Of a DNA stretch of 32,000 bases, positions 1 through 10,990 are shown piece by piece (the first letter of the stretch is position 1; each line of letters begins with the position of its first letter). Location: NCBI GenBank assembly GCA_001029695.1, contig CP011211.1, positions 30,001 through 62,000 of the forward strand, in the 5' to 3' direction. The notes below the pieces were generated by a model, which saw only the letters and a program-made list of their open reading frames with translations, was not told where the DNA came from and did no database searches. Source of the DNA: Candidatus Saccharimonadota bacterium (GTDB lineage: Bacteria > Patescibacteriota > Saccharimonadia > Saccharimonadales > Saccharimonadaceae). Position numbers and translations under genes: made by a program.

Positions 1-387
1 CAACGCCACGGCTTCTTTGGTAATATAGGTCGCTATGTCAAAAACCCTATCAAAGACCCGATCGGCGCGTTCGAGGGTGTACTTGAGCTGATCGGTGAGT
101 TCTCTCGACTTGTCGCACTAAGCTTGCGTTTGTTTGGTAATGCGTTTGCTGGCGAGGTTCTACTGCTCGTTATCGCTGTACTCACGAGCTATGCAGCTAG
201 TGTGGTACTACCATTCTTTATGGTGTTCGAGTTGTTTATCGGCTTTATCCAGGCATACGTGTTCTTCGTCCTTACGCTTATTTTTACCTCACTTGCTGTC
301 GCGACTCATGGAAACCACGACGAACATACCTCTTCTCTTGATCATTCATCTGCTGATACCCCTAAAGCGGCCAAGCAATTGGAATGA
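1..387 (+). CDS. atpB: F-type ATP synthase F0 subunit a, C-terminal part (5' end lies upstream of the window)
   Basis: Frame 1 is open from base 1. The translation ...FSRLVALSLRLFGNAFAGEVLLLVIAVL... carries the subunit-a motif with the essential Arg, followed by the terminal TM helices. It is the first gene in atpBEFHAGDC order. Confidence 0.9.
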   Translation, partial: QRHGFFGNIGRYVKNPIKDPIGAFEGVLELIGEFSRLVALSLRLFGNAFAGEVLLLVIAVLTSYAASVVLPFFMVFELFIGFIQAYVFFVLTLIFTSLAVATHGNHDEHTSSLDHSSADTPKAAKQLE

Positions 388-423
388 TATATAATCTAGG
401 TAATAATTAAAGGAGATACAATA

Positions 424-636
424 ATGAATGAATTAGCATTTGGACTGACATACGCCCTTCCTGCACTCGGTGCAGCACTTGGTGTTGGATTTATCGGCGC
501 CGGCGCGTTGAACGCACTTGGCCGTAACCCAGAAAAACTAAGCGAAATCCGTACGCTTATGATTACTGCGATCGTATTCGCCGATTCACTTGCGATCATC
601 GGTATTATCGTTGCTATCATTGCGAAGTTCCTCTAG
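424..636 (+). CDS. atpE: F-type ATP synthase F0 subunit c (proteolipid)
   Basis: 70 aa with two Gly/Ala-rich TM helices joined by the polar loop GRNPEK. A carboxylate sits in helix 2 (FADSLAI). An AAAGGAG RBS lies about 8 nt upstream. Confidence 0.95.
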   Translation: MNELAFGLTYALPALGAALGVGFIGAGALNALGRNPEKLSEIRTLMITAIVFADSLAIIGIIVAIIAKFL

Positions 637-651
637 GAGTAAACAATTCGC

Positions 652-1197
652 ATGAATGTATTATTAACTCAATTTGCCTCTACAGAAGCCGGTGCATCTG
701 ACGGTGGTATCTTTGGTGCGCTTGGTATCGATCTTACGATGCTTATTGTGCAGGGTATCGCCTTTCTGATTCTCGTATGGGTGCTCGGAAAGTTCGTCTA
801 TCCAGTCTTCTTGAAGTCTGTCGATGAGCGTCAGGCTAAGATTGAAGAGGGTTCAAAAGCTGCCGCAGCTGCTGAGAAAAAAGCGAGCGAAGCGCAGGAA
901 GAAGTTGCAAAACTCCTTTCTGAAGCACGCAAGGAAGCTGGCTTTATCGTTGCGACTGCCAAAGAAGAAGCGAATGCCGCTGTTGAGGCTGCAGATGCAA
1001 AAGCAAAGGCTCGTGCGGAAAAGATTGTAGCAAATGCAACTGAAACGATCGAAAAAGAAGTGATCGCTGCTAAAAAAGCACTTCACAATGAAACGATTGA
1101 TCTTGTGGCACAAGCAACTGAAAAAGTACTTGGCCATGTCGTTACTGACAAGGTTGATGAAAAAGTTATCGCAGCGGCAATCAAGGAAGTGAACTAG
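652..1197 (+). CDS. atpF: F-type ATP synthase F0 subunit b
   Basis: 181 aa with a single N-terminal TM helix (LIVQGIAFLILVWVLGKFV) and then a long Ala/Glu/Lys-rich helical stalk. It lies between atpE and atpH. Confidence 0.9.
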   Translation: MNVLLTQFASTEAGASDGGIFGALGIDLTMLIVQGIAFLILVWVLGKFVYPVFLKSVDERQAKIEEGSKAAAAAEKKASEAQEEVAKLLSEARKEAGFIVATAKEEANAAVEAADAKAKARAEKIVANATETIEKEVIAAKKALHNETIDLVAQATEKVLGHVVTDKVDEKVIAAAIKEVN

Positions 1198-1200
1198 TCT

Positions 1201-1590
1201 ATGGCGGTTCGTGTTTCTCGACGTAAAATCGCAAGCTACTATGCAGATGAGCTGCTTGCAAGAAAAACCGATATTGCGACGCGACTTGCAGCATTGCTCC
1301 TCGATACAGGACGTGTCCGAGAGCTTGACCTCATCGTCCGAGATATCGAAGATGCGCTCGAGGCACGAGGGGTTGTGGTCGCAGATGTCGCTTCGGCGCA
1401 TACATTGAGTCAGGCGACACAAAAGGACATTACTGCATTCTTGAAGAAGCAGAGTGACGCAAAAGAAGTTCATTTGCGCGTAAACGTTGACCAAGCTCTC
1501 CTTGGCGGCGTCCGCATCAATGTTCCAGGCCGTGAGCTTGATACAACGCTTCGGCGCAAGTTGACACTACTAAAGGCAAGTAAAGTTTAA
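1201..1590 (+). CDS. atpH: F-type ATP synthase subunit delta (OSCP-like), unusually short
   Basis: The C-terminal half matches the delta pattern (...VADVASAHTLS...VDQALLGGVRINVPGRELDTTLRRKL). It lies between atpF and atpA. It is only 129 aa. Confidence 0.8.
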   Translation: MAVRVSRRKIASYYADELLARKTDIATRLAALLLDTGRVRELDLIVRDIEDALEARGVVVADVASAHTLSQATQKDITAFLKKQSDAKEVHLRVNVDQALLGGVRINVPGRELDTTLRRKLTLLKASKV

Positions 1591-1605
1591 GAAGGATTAT
1601 AAAAG

Positions 1606-3132
1606 ATGGCTGAACTATCAGTAGCAGAACTCTCAAAAGATCTCCGCGATGCAATTGCGAAGATTGAGACGACTGAAGGCCTCGAAAAAGTTGGCGTTGT
1701 TGTGCGTATGGGTGACGGTGTTGCCGCTGTCCATGGCCTCCGTAGCGCTGGCTATAACGAAGTGCTTCAGATTGAAACAAAGACAGGTATTGTTGAGGCG
1801 TTTGCCCTCAACCTTATGGAAGATGAAATCGGTGCAGTGCTTCTCGGAAGTGATACGCAGGTTTCAGCTGGCGACAAAGTAAAGCTTAAGGGTACGGTAC
1901 TCGAAGTGCCAGTTGGCCCTGAACTACTTGGTCGTGTGGTTGACCCACTCGGACGCCCACTCGATGGCGGCGTTCCAATTAAGACGAAGCAGACTGGTCT
2001 CGTCGAACGCGAAGCGATCGGTGTGATGGGTCGTAAGTCGGTTCATGAACCACTCATGACAGGTATCGTCGCAATTGACGCGATGTTCCCTATCGGTCGT
2101 GGTCAGCGTGAGCTTATTATCGGCGATCGCCAGACTGGTAAGACATCTATCGCTATCGATACGATGATCAACCAAGGTAAGCAGAAAACTGGTGTTATTA
2201 ATGTATATGTTGCGATCGGACAAAAGCTTTCGAAGATCGCTCGTCTCGTTGATCGACTCAAAGAAGAAGGTGTGATGGATCAAACGATCATCGTCGCGAC
2301 AGGTCCATCTGATCCTGCGTCACTTCTCTACCTTGCACCTTACGCTGCAACTGCTATGGGTGAATACTTCCGCGATAACTCACAGCATGCGCTTATGATC
2401 TACGATGATCTTACGAAGCACGCTGTAGCATATCGTCAAATGTCACTACTACTCCGTCGTCCACCTGGACGCGAAGCGTACCCTGGTGACGTCTTCTATC
2501 TTCACTCTCGCCTTCTTGAGCGATCAGCGAAGCTTTCGGACGATCTTGGCGCTGGTTCACTTACGGCACTTCCGATCATTGAAACGCAGGCTGGTGACAT
2601 TTCGGCATATATTCCAACAAATGTTATCTCTATTACTGACGGTCAGATCTTCCTTGAGACAGATCTTTTCTACCAAGGTATTCGCCCAGCAATCAGCGCA
2701 GGACTTTCAGTATCTCGTGTTGGTGGCGCAGCGCAGACAAAGGCAGTTAAGGGTGTGAGTGGAAACCTCAAGCTTGGCCTTTCACAGTTCCGTGAACTTG
2801 CGAGCTTTGCTCAATTTGGGAGCGACCTTGACGAAGCGACGAAGCGTCAGATTGACCGTGGTCAGCGACTTACCGAACTTCTCAAGCAGCCACAGTATAT
2901 GCCTGCAAGTATCTGGGAACAGGTAGCAAGTATCTTTGCAGTAAGCCAAGGCTTCTTTGATGAAGTAAAGGTTGAGAAAATCAAAGATGCTCAGACATCT
3001 CTCTTGACTCGCCTTTGGACTGACCACAAAGATGAAATGCGTGAGCTCGACAAGGGCGGTAAGCCAACTGACGAGGTAAACGCGACTATCGAAAAAGTAG
3101 CAATTTCAGTTGCTAAGGGATTTGAGGAGTAG
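1606..3132 (+). CDS. atpA: F-type ATP synthase F1 subunit alpha
   Basis: 508 aa with Walker [15 protein letters not shown] and conserved blocks [30 protein letters not shown] and ITDGQIFLE. Confidence 0.97.
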   Translation: MAELSVAELSKDLRDAIAKIETTEGLEKVGVVVRMGDGVAAVHGLRSAGYNEVLQIETKTGIVEAFALNLMEDEIGAVLLGSDTQVSAGDKVKLKGTVLEVPVGPELLGRVVDPLGRPLDGGVPIKTKQTGLVEREAIGVMGRKSVHEPLMTGIVAIDAMFPIGRGQRELIIGDRQTGKTSIAIDTMINQGKQKTGVINVYVAIGQKLSKIARLVDRLKEEGVMDQTIIVATGPSDPASLLYLAPYAATAMGEYFRDNSQHALMIYDDLTKHAVAYRQMSLLLRRPPGREAYPGDVFYLHSRLLERSAKLSDDLGAGSLTALPIIETQAGDISAYIPTNVISITDGQIFLETDLFYQGIRPAISAGLSVSRVGGAAQTKAVKGVSGNLKLGLSQFRELASFAQFGSDLDEATKRQIDRGQRLTELLKQPQYMPASIWEQVASIFAVSQGFFDEVKVEKIKDAQTSLLTRLWTDHKDEMRELDKGGKPTDEVNATIEKVAISVAKGFEE

Positions 3133-3139
3133 ATAACTC

Positions 3140-5433
<2,294 letters not shown>

Positions 5434-5435
5434 TA

Positions 5436-5852
5436 ATGAATCTTCAACTGATTACATTATTGGGCGTCAAGGTTGACCAGGAAGTCTACGAAGTAATCTT
5501 GCCGACAGCTGACGGTGAGATTGCCGTCTTCCCTGGTCACGAGCCACTTGTGACGCTCGCCGTTCCTGGTGCTATTGCTGTCCGCTACAAAAAGGGTGAC
5601 GATGCGCTTGAGTACTTCGCTATCACTGGCGGCGTGATTGAGATATCTCAGACCGCCCTTCGTGTGCTCGTTGACGAAGCCGACCACGGTGAAGACATCA
5701 TCGAGGCGGAAAGTCAGGCGGCGCTTGAGCGTGCACTTGAAATGCGAGACAACGCGCAAGACCAAGTCGAGCTTGAAAAAGCCCACCAGCTGGTTGATCG
5801 TCATTCTGTTCGCCTAAAGGTAGCAGGACTTCGACGACGACACCGACGGTAA
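5436..5852 (+). CDS. atpC: F-type ATP synthase F1 subunit epsilon
   Basis: 138 aa with an N-terminal beta-sandwich pattern (V.LPTADGEIAVFPGHEPLVT) and a C-terminal helical hairpin. It is the last gene of the operon and starts 2 nt after the atpD stop. Confidence 0.9.
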   Translation: MNLQLITLLGVKVDQEVYEVILPTADGEIAVFPGHEPLVTLAVPGAIAVRYKKGDDALEYFAITGGVIEISQTALRVLVDEADHGEDIIEAESQAALERALEMRDNAQDQVELEKAHQLVDRHSVRLKVAGLRRRHRR

Positions 5853-5874
5853 AGGTAGAGACACCTTTTTAAGT

Positions 5875-5904
5875 AAAAACTCCTCGAGAATTCGAGGAGT
5901 TTTT
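5875..5904. terminator. Rho-independent terminator, bidirectional shape (A-run / stem / T-run)
   Basis: AAAAACTCCTCGA-gaat-TCGAGGAGTTTTT forms a perfect 13-bp stem including the A/T flanks. It lies between convergent atpC and the minus-strand gene ending at 5988. Confidence 0.85.
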
Positions 5905-5987
5905 GTCTCGCAAAGAAAATACCCACCAGATAGTCGCTTTGTCTTTCGACAATGCGTCCGGTGGGCTTTACTCTTCCTCTAAGGATG

Positions 5988-6530
5988 TTACTTGGTGCCG
6001 CGAGCCTCGTACTGGTAGTACAAGATATCATTTTGCGCAAAGCACATTGGGTTGCCTTGTGATGCAAAGACGATGTCAACGGCCGGTGTGGCGGTGTCGT
6101 CAGGGCCTGTGGCTACAAGCCGGTATAGATTATCCGTCCACGTTGCGAGATGACGAAAGATGACTCGTTCACCTGCCTTCACATTGACATGCGCCGGCTG
6201 GTCAACGTTCACCTGCTGAGTGTTGATGGACACCTGGATGGTTCCGTGTCCTCCATCGGCGAGCGTGCGGAATGATCCGTCTTCTTGCTGTATCTGCAGT
6301 GTCGCACTGAGGTCGTTTTTGGCGACGAACCATGCTTCAACTGTCGGGTTTTCACATGTCTTGCCTTCGGCGAAGACGTTCGCAACTTGCGAGCCTTGCA
6401 CGACGACACTTACTGCATCCTTCACTGTGACGTTTGTCGGGGTGAAGGGCTGTGCAGAGGCGATGCCGCTTCCAAGTGTGACGAATGCGGAGATTGCGAC
6501 AGCTGCAGAAACAAAATGCTTCAGCTTCAT
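5988..6530 (-). CDS. secreted hypothetical protein (signal peptide, beta-rich)
   Basis: 180 aa. The N-terminus MKLKHFVSAAVAISAFVTLGSGIASA|QP is a classic Sec signal with an A-S-A cleavage site. An AAGGAG RBS lies 5-6 nt upstream. Confidence 0.75.
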   Translation of the reverse strand: MKLKHFVSAAVAISAFVTLGSGIASAQPFTPTNVTVKDAVSVVVQGSQVANVFAEGKTCENPTVEAWFVAKNDLSATLQIQQEDGSFRTLADGGHGTIQVSINTQQVNVDQPAHVNVKAGERVIFRHLATWTDNLYRLVATGPDDTATPAVDIVFASQGNPMCFAQNDILYYQYEARGTK

Positions 6531-6589
6531 AGTAACTCCTTGTAGAAGAGCGCCGCATATGCGGTTCTGAGCAACTTGCTCATCTTGCT

Positions 6590-6618
6590 ATAATAGCATA
6601 AAATCTACTAAATGTAAA
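6590..6618 (-). promoter_or_regulatory. sigma70-like promoter for the 5988..6530 gene
   Basis: The minus strand reads TTTACA, a 17-nt spacer, then TATTAT. Confidence 0.4.
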
Positions 6619-6623
6619 TAGCA

Positions 6624-6911
6624 CTACATCGAAGATTCTGTGGAGCTATCTGGTTTCTCCTGAAGGGCTGCATTGATTGCTTCGTATGTGAGGCATGCGA
6701 TATGCAGGAGGTGCGCTTGAACTTCAGCATCAGTTCCAGAGTTATCAAATGCTGTTTTGAGGATCTTTCCTGCAAGATCAGGATTTTCACCACGCATTTT
6801 GCGCCATGACTCCATCATATGAGGATCATCGACTGAACGAAGGTACTCTTCGGCGCTCTTTATGTCGCTCGTCGTGACGATTGGCATCTCTTGATGTAAA
6901 GATTCTGACAT
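6624..6911 (-). CDS. hypothetical protein (95 aa, helical, no signal peptide)
   Basis: Clean ORF with an ATG start. A TAAAAT -10-like box lies 9 nt upstream of the ATG. I recognise no motif. Confidence 0.55.
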   Translation of the reverse strand: MSESLHQEMPIVTTSDIKSAEEYLRSVDDPHMMESWRKMRGENPDLAGKILKTAFDNSGTDAEVQAHLLHIACLTYEAINAALQEKPDSSTESSM

Positions 6912-6939
6912 TGTGTTCTTATTTTACAATAAAAATGGG

Positions 6940-6967
6940 TTTACAACAATCAAAACAGGAGTAGAAT
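6940..6967 (+). promoter_or_regulatory. candidate promoter for the 7006..8127 gene
   Basis: TTTACA, a 16-nt spacer, then TAGAAT, in the divergent intergenic region. Confidence 0.35.
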
Positions 6968-7005
6968 AAAAACTGGATTAAATGTAAAACTTTACACGAT
7001 ATCGA

Positions 7006-8127
7006 GTGTTTAGAGAAAAGAACAATATGCATGAAACTTACTCTTCTGTCGTAGCAGAAGTAAAAGAAGGACAAGACGTGGCAACAGTTACTGAGATTTC
7101 ATCACTTGGATACGGCAATCAAGAATCAAAGATTAGCTATGATAAACAACGTGAGAATGGTGAACTTCCAGAGACTGTTTCGACAAAATCAGTAGAAATT
7201 ATCAAAAATAACGAATGTCTTCAGCCGGTGAACGAATCGGACGACGGCTGTATCGATGGTCGACCTACTATTGAGGTGCTGTGTGTCGACAAAACTGGCG
7301 AGCTCACCTCGAGCTCCGTAGGCGACAATACAGCTCACGAACGTGCCAAAGTGGCAGGTGGCGGCTATATGACCTCCCTGGCTATGCAGCGCGCGCTCGA
7401 AGAGCCTAATATGACACTCGATGAGGATCTAGGGGTCGTTGCATCTAAACTCACAGAAAAACGCATCTATTGCGGTGCACACTCGGGTGCGCATAGTAGC
7501 ACAGAAGCGTGCACGACAGACTGTGGCGCTAATGATAAGTTCCAAAAAATTCTAGAGAATGGTGTTGGGTATCGAGGTTCAATTGCTGAGAATGTCCGCG
7601 GCCTCCTCGCGGTGGCAGATATTGATTTCGATAATCAAGTCTTTAATGCAGTTATGGACGGCTGGTCAAAAACACTCGATAATGGTGCGTACTTCGAAGG
7701 TAGCACTGGAGATTCACGCTTTACGGTGATTGAAAACAGTATGAAAGATGCTCAAGAAAAGTCAGGTAGCTTTGAGCGTCCTGTCGCCGTATCGAAACAC
7801 CTCGAAGGCGACCACAAGGAGAGCTTTATCGTACTTAATTACATTGAGGGAAAGACATTCTCTCAGGTTCAGCTTGCCAAGAATCTCGCAGAGTCATTCC
7901 CTGATATAGATAAAAAAGACCTTCCTCAAGCATTTGTTGTTGATGTACCGCGTATTGTCCAGCTTGCGGAAGCGATGGGCGCTGCATCTACAGAAGATGG
8001 TCGTATTCGCAGTGATCTTGAAATCAAGGCACGCACTGAGAAGGCGCTATATGCAGGTATTGCATATCAACTAGCGACAGCTGCGACGCTCACGGATGGT
8101 TCATTGCGAAACTTCGTGATCAAGTAG
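7006..8127 (+). CDS. hypothetical cytoplasmic protein with a C-x-D-x-R ... T-D-C-G-A motif pair
   Basis: 373-aa ORF from GTG 7006, with an alternative in-frame ATG at 7027. No signal peptide or TM helix. Motifs GCIDGRP (aa 81-87) and ACTTDCGAND (aa 168-177). A strong terminator follows. Confidence 0.8.
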   Translation: MFREKNNMHETYSSVVAEVKEGQDVATVTEISSLGYGNQESKISYDKQRENGELPETVSTKSVEIIKNNECLQPVNESDDGCIDGRPTIEVLCVDKTGELTSSSVGDNTAHERAKVAGGGYMTSLAMQRALEEPNMTLDEDLGVVASKLTEKRIYCGAHSGAHSSTEACTTDCGANDKFQKILENGVGYRGSIAENVRGLLAVADIDFDNQVFNAVMDGWSKTLDNGAYFEGSTGDSRFTVIENSMKDAQEKSGSFERPVAVSKHLEGDHKESFIVLNYIEGKTFSQVQLAKNLAESFPDIDKKDLPQAFVVDVPRIVQLAEAMGAASTEDGRIRSDLEIKARTEKALYAGIAYQLATAATLTDGSLRNFVIK

Positions 8128-8147
8128 GAGCAACCCGTTTACATGCC

Positions 8148-8178
8148 AAAAACACCCCGTCGTATGCGGGGTGTTTTT
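8148..8178 (+). terminator. Rho-independent terminator
   Basis: AAAAACACCCCG-tcgtatg-CGGGGTGTTTTT lies 20 nt after the stop at 8127. Confidence 0.85.
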
Positions 8179-8203
8179 ATGTTTCTACCAGCCCCTGCTT
8201 CTC

Positions 8204-8232
8204 TTGTTGTTGCTTGTGCTTAGGTGTATAAT
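8204..8232 (+). promoter_or_regulatory. candidate promoter for the 8272..9350 gene pair
   Basis: TTGTTG, a 17-nt spacer, then TATAAT. The ATG at 8272 has an AAAGGAA RBS. Confidence 0.3.
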
Positions 8233-8271
8233 ACCCTCAGAAACGTATACTAAAATAAAAAGGAATATTCT

Positions 8272-8583
8272 ATGAAAGATCTCCAGCATAGATCAAAGGC
8301 TCAGTCGCTGATTTTGATTGTTAGTGTGATTGCACTTGTCATTATTGTGGGCGTTGTATTTGCTATTATCCAGCTCAAGTCGTCTGAGGATGCAAATAAG
8401 CAAGCAAACCAGACACAGGCACAGACGCAGCAAAAGACAGATGAAACCAAAGGCGAAGTGACGATGGAAACGCTCAATCAACGATCAAGCGATATCGACA
8501 CATCACTGAAAAAAGAAGCTCAGCAGCGAGAGCAGGCTAAAAAAACACTTAGTGACTCTAATCGAGTCAAGTTGGAGCAGTAA
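8272..8583 (+). CDS. membrane-anchored hypothetical protein (one N-terminal TM, Gln/Lys/Glu-rich ectodomain)
   Basis: 103 aa. The TM helix is SLILIVSVIALVIIVGVVFAIIQL, followed by a low-complexity Q/T/K/E-rich segment. An RBS is present. Confidence 0.7.
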   Translation: MKDLQHRSKAQSLILIVSVIALVIIVGVVFAIIQLKSSEDANKQANQTQAQTQQKTDETKGEVTMETLNQRSSDIDTSLKKEAQQREQAKKTLSDSNRVKLEQ

Positions 8584-8591
8584 GGGTTACC

Positions 8592-9350
8592 ATGAAGACA
8601 TCATCACTTTTTAGTAAAAGTCGCATCATTACTACGGTATTTGCTATATTTGCGAGCGCTCTGCTTCTCACTCATGCTGGTGTGAGCGCAGTGTCAACAG
8701 CGATGACTGCCGCCGAAGAGAAAGCGAAAGCCCAGGAAATGCTCAAGGCAACAAAGGAAGAGGTTCAGCGACGCATACAGACGCTTAAGACCGCCAATGA
8801 AGAACTAAAGACGGTTACAAGTCTCGACGCTGCACTAAAAAACAAAATGATCAAAGAGAATGAGATGATCATCACCTCTCTTGATGAATTTGCGAAAAAG
8901 CTCGATAATGTGAAGACATTGGGCGCTGCTCGAGAGCTAGCCGCATCGCTCGACTCTGAGTATGAGAAGTATAAAAATGCTGCGGCAAAATCACAGCTAT
9001 CGACGAACCTCGATACGCAGCAAGACGCCAAGGGTCAGCTTACACAGCAAGCAAAAGATGTCGGTACTAAGATCGATGACGCTGCAGCTTCAGGAAAAGA
9101 GACCGGCAATCTAAAAGAACAGCTACAACAAATTGAACAAATGTTGACATCTATTACGGCGATCATAGCATCGGTATCTGCACTTATGGAAAGTCTAGTA
9201 AATGGTGATTATGGCAAGGCGATGATTATCCTCAATACAATCTTTGACCAGCTTGGTATTACTCAGTCACTCCTCAAAGATTCCCAGGGTGGCTTGAGTT
9301 CAATGCTCAAGCAGATGAACGTGAGCTTTGATCTAAAGGCTGGCGCATAA
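8592..9350 (+). CDS. secreted or membrane-anchored coiled-coil hypothetical protein
   Basis: 252 aa. The N-terminal hydrophobic segment is IITTVFAIFASALLLTHAGVSA. The rest is heptad-like and rich in A/K/E/Q/L. It starts 8 nt after the previous gene, so the two are probably co-transcribed. Confidence 0.75.
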   Translation: MKTSSLFSKSRIITTVFAIFASALLLTHAGVSAVSTAMTAAEEKAKAQEMLKATKEEVQRRIQTLKTANEELKTVTSLDAALKNKMIKENEMIITSLDEFAKKLDNVKTLGAARELAASLDSEYEKYKNAAAKSQLSTNLDTQQDAKGQLTQQAKDVGTKIDDAAASGKETGNLKEQLQQIEQMLTSITAIIASVSALMESLVNGDYGKAMIILNTIFDQLGITQSLLKDSQGGLSSMLKQMNVSFDLKAGA

Positions 9351-9372
9351 GAATCGTTAGTCTAGCCAGTTC

Positions 9373-9407
9373 AAAAAAGAACGACCAAGTTATGGTCGTT
9401 CTTTTTT
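9373..9407. terminator. bidirectional Rho-independent terminator
   Basis: AAAAAAGAACGACC-aagttat-GGTCGTTCTTTTTT lies between convergent genes. Its right arm also encodes the last codons (KKERP) of the minus-strand dus gene. Confidence 0.8.
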
Positions 9408-10346
9408 AAGTAGTTCACGCACTTCTGCGGTCGTCTTCGTGTGCATTAGCTGATCGCGTAGTTCACTTGCCCCTGGAAAGTCCCGAATATATATTTTAAA
9501 GAAGCGTTTAAGAGGCTCAAATCGTCGAGGCTCTAGCTCTTTATCGTATTTATCGTGGAGATCGAGCTGAAGGTGAAGTAATTGGATCAGTTCTTCTCTA
9601 CTATGCTCTGATTTTTCGACTTCAAAAGCGTATGGATTTGTGAAGATCCCGCGTCCAATCATCACTCCATCGACGCCATACTCATCGACCAATGCTTGAC
9701 CATGCTGACGGTCGAGTATATCGCCGTTGATTGTCAGGAGTGTCTGTGGGGCGATTTCATCTCGAAGTGCTTTGATCTCGGGGATTAACTCAAAGTGAGC
9801 TGGCACCTTGCTCATTTCTTTTCGAGTCCGTAGATGTATCGTGAGATTCACGATGTCTTGCTCGAGCAGATGCGTGAGCCACGGACGCCACTCATCTACT
9901 CGTGTACTACCGAGGCGTGTCTTGACGCTTACGGGGAGACCGCCTTCTTTTGCGGCTGCGATCAGGGCTGCACTGAGTTCGTTATTACAGATAAGTCCAC
10001 TACCGCTGCCCTGCTTGACGACCGCCTTGTCAGGACAGCCCATATTTATATCAATACCTTTGTAGCCTTGTTTGGCGAGTCCGTGCGCCATATGCGAGAA
10101 GTGTTCAGGACGATTTCCCCAAATTTGGGCAACCATTGGGTGCTCATCTTCAGTAAAAGCGAGGCGACCACGAGTGCTATGGGCGCCTTTTTCACTGGCG
10201 TAGCTTGCCGCATTGGTAAACTCAGTAAAAAATATATCAGGTTTTGCAGCTGAAGCCACGACATGACGAAATACAACATCAGTCACTGCTTCCATAGGAG
10301 CGAGGATGAAAAAAGGCTTTGGGAGGTCGTTCCAGAAATTATTCAT
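9390..10346 (-). CDS. dus: tRNA-dihydrouridine synthase (Dus family, TIM-barrel flavoenzyme)
   Basis: 318 aa with [17 protein letters not shown] at the N-terminus, GIDINMGCP (catalytic Cys region), VSVKTRLG and DGVMIGRG. Confidence 0.9.
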   Translation of the reverse strand: MNNFWNDLPKPFFILAPMEAVTDVVFRHVVASAAKPDIFFTEFTNAASYASEKGAHSTRGRLAFTEDEHPMVAQIWGNRPEHFSHMAHGLAKQGYKGIDINMGCPDKAVVKQGSGSGLICNNELSAALIAAAKEGGLPVSVKTRLGSTRVDEWRPWLTHLLEQDIVNLTIHLRTRKEMSKVPAHFELIPEIKALRDEIAPQTLLTINGDILDRQHGQALVDEYGVDGVMIGRGIFTNPYAFEVEKSEHSREELIQLLHLQLDLHDKYDKELEPRRFEPLKRFFKIYIRDFPGASELRDQLMHTKTTAEVRELLKKERP

Positions 10347-10354
10347 AGTAAGGG

Positions 10355-10615
10355 TTATGCGTCTTGGCCGCCGACGATGATCGAATCAGTGCTAGTCGCT
10401 TCGAATGCTGTTTTTGCAGCTGGAGTTGTATTGATATCTGTGTGGACTTCCTGCTGTACGGCTGTAGGTCGCGAGTGGCGCAAAAAGCTATCCATACTGG
10501 CGATTGCTAAATCACTGATGCGCGTAGGTGTACGTTCTTCTTCAGTTTCTTCATAATAATCTTCTCGATTGTCTCGTGTTACCATCCTGAAATCATTGGT
10601 TTCTGGGTTTTTCAT
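10355..10615 (-). CDS. small acidic hypothetical protein
   Basis: ATG at 10615 (MKNPETNDF...) is preceded by GGAAGGAGAATGTGAT, a strong SD at good spacing. The longer track ORF reaching 10657 lacks an RBS. The gene ends 8 nt before the dus start. Confidence 0.55.
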   Translation of the reverse strand: MKNPETNDFRMVTRDNREDYYEETEEERTPTRISDLAIASMDSFLRHSRPTAVQQEVHTDINTTPAAKTAFEATSTDSIIVGGQDA

Positions 10616-10696
10616 ATCACATTCTCCTTCCGTAAACATCAATATATAGTATCTCATAAATTTAGTCGTCTGTCATCGTTACTCAATGATTCCAAA

Positions 10697-10721
10697 TGAA
10701 AAACCACCCCAGAGGGTGGTT
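10697..10721 (-). terminator. Rho-independent terminator (minus strand)
   Basis: The minus strand reads AACCACCC-tctg-GGGTGGTT followed by TTTTC. It lies 29 nt downstream of the ORF ending at 10750. Confidence 0.7.
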
Positions 10722-10749
10722 GATCATTGATAGTGATGAGTACGACAGT

Positions 10750-10938
10750 TCAGCGCCAATGGCTGGGTGGATTTACGTTGCTGCGACGATATGATTCGTT
10801 CAGAACCGCCTTGGCTGCATTAAACTCTGTCTCGAGCTTGCTGATAGTTCGGGGATCAGCGTCGTCGCGTTTGGCTTGAGCGAGTGCATCACGTGCTTTT
10901 GCTGCCTGAGTTTCTTGCTGACCAGCCATAAAGATCAC
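10750..10938 (-). CDS. small hypothetical protein (about 60 aa, helical, Ala/Lys/Asp-rich)
   Basis: ORF with GTG at 10938 or ATG at 10929 (MAGQQETQAAKARDAL...). It has its own terminator. No motif recognised. Confidence 0.4.
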   Translation of the reverse strand: MIFMAGQQETQAAKARDALAQAKRDDADPRTISKLETEFNAAKAVLNESYRRSNVNPPSHWR

Positions 10939-10990
10939 GACCTTCGTTCGATGTTTTCATTCAAGCGGAATGCTCAAATGATATTTGGCA

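Noticed and set aside
387-424. C-terminal polar tail of subunit a (HGNHDEHTSSLDHSSADTPKAAKQLE) considered as a possible fused extra domain
   Set aside because: It is only about 30 residues of low-complexity sequence after the last TM helix, with no motif. It is probably lineage-specific tail variation.
853-1494. 213-aa minus-strand ORF antisense to atpF/atpH
   Set aside because: It lies entirely inside two well-supported ATP synthase genes. The translation is Cys/Phe/Arg-rich junk. Long antisense frames are expected opposite GAA/GCN/AAR-rich coding sequence.
6552-6563. Perfect 12-nt palindrome CCGCATATGCGG in the 5' leader of the 5988..6530 gene, considered as an operator or terminator
   Set aside because: It is a single short palindrome with no T-tract and no second copy in the window. 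That is insufficient for any call.
6624-6911. Possible remote paralogy between the 95-aa protein and the 187-aa protein at 15896..16459 (HIACLTYEAINAAL versus HEGIMAYEAIAAAV)
   Set aside because: Only one ~14-residue Ala-rich helical stretch matches, which is too short and compositionally biased to support homology without a profile search.
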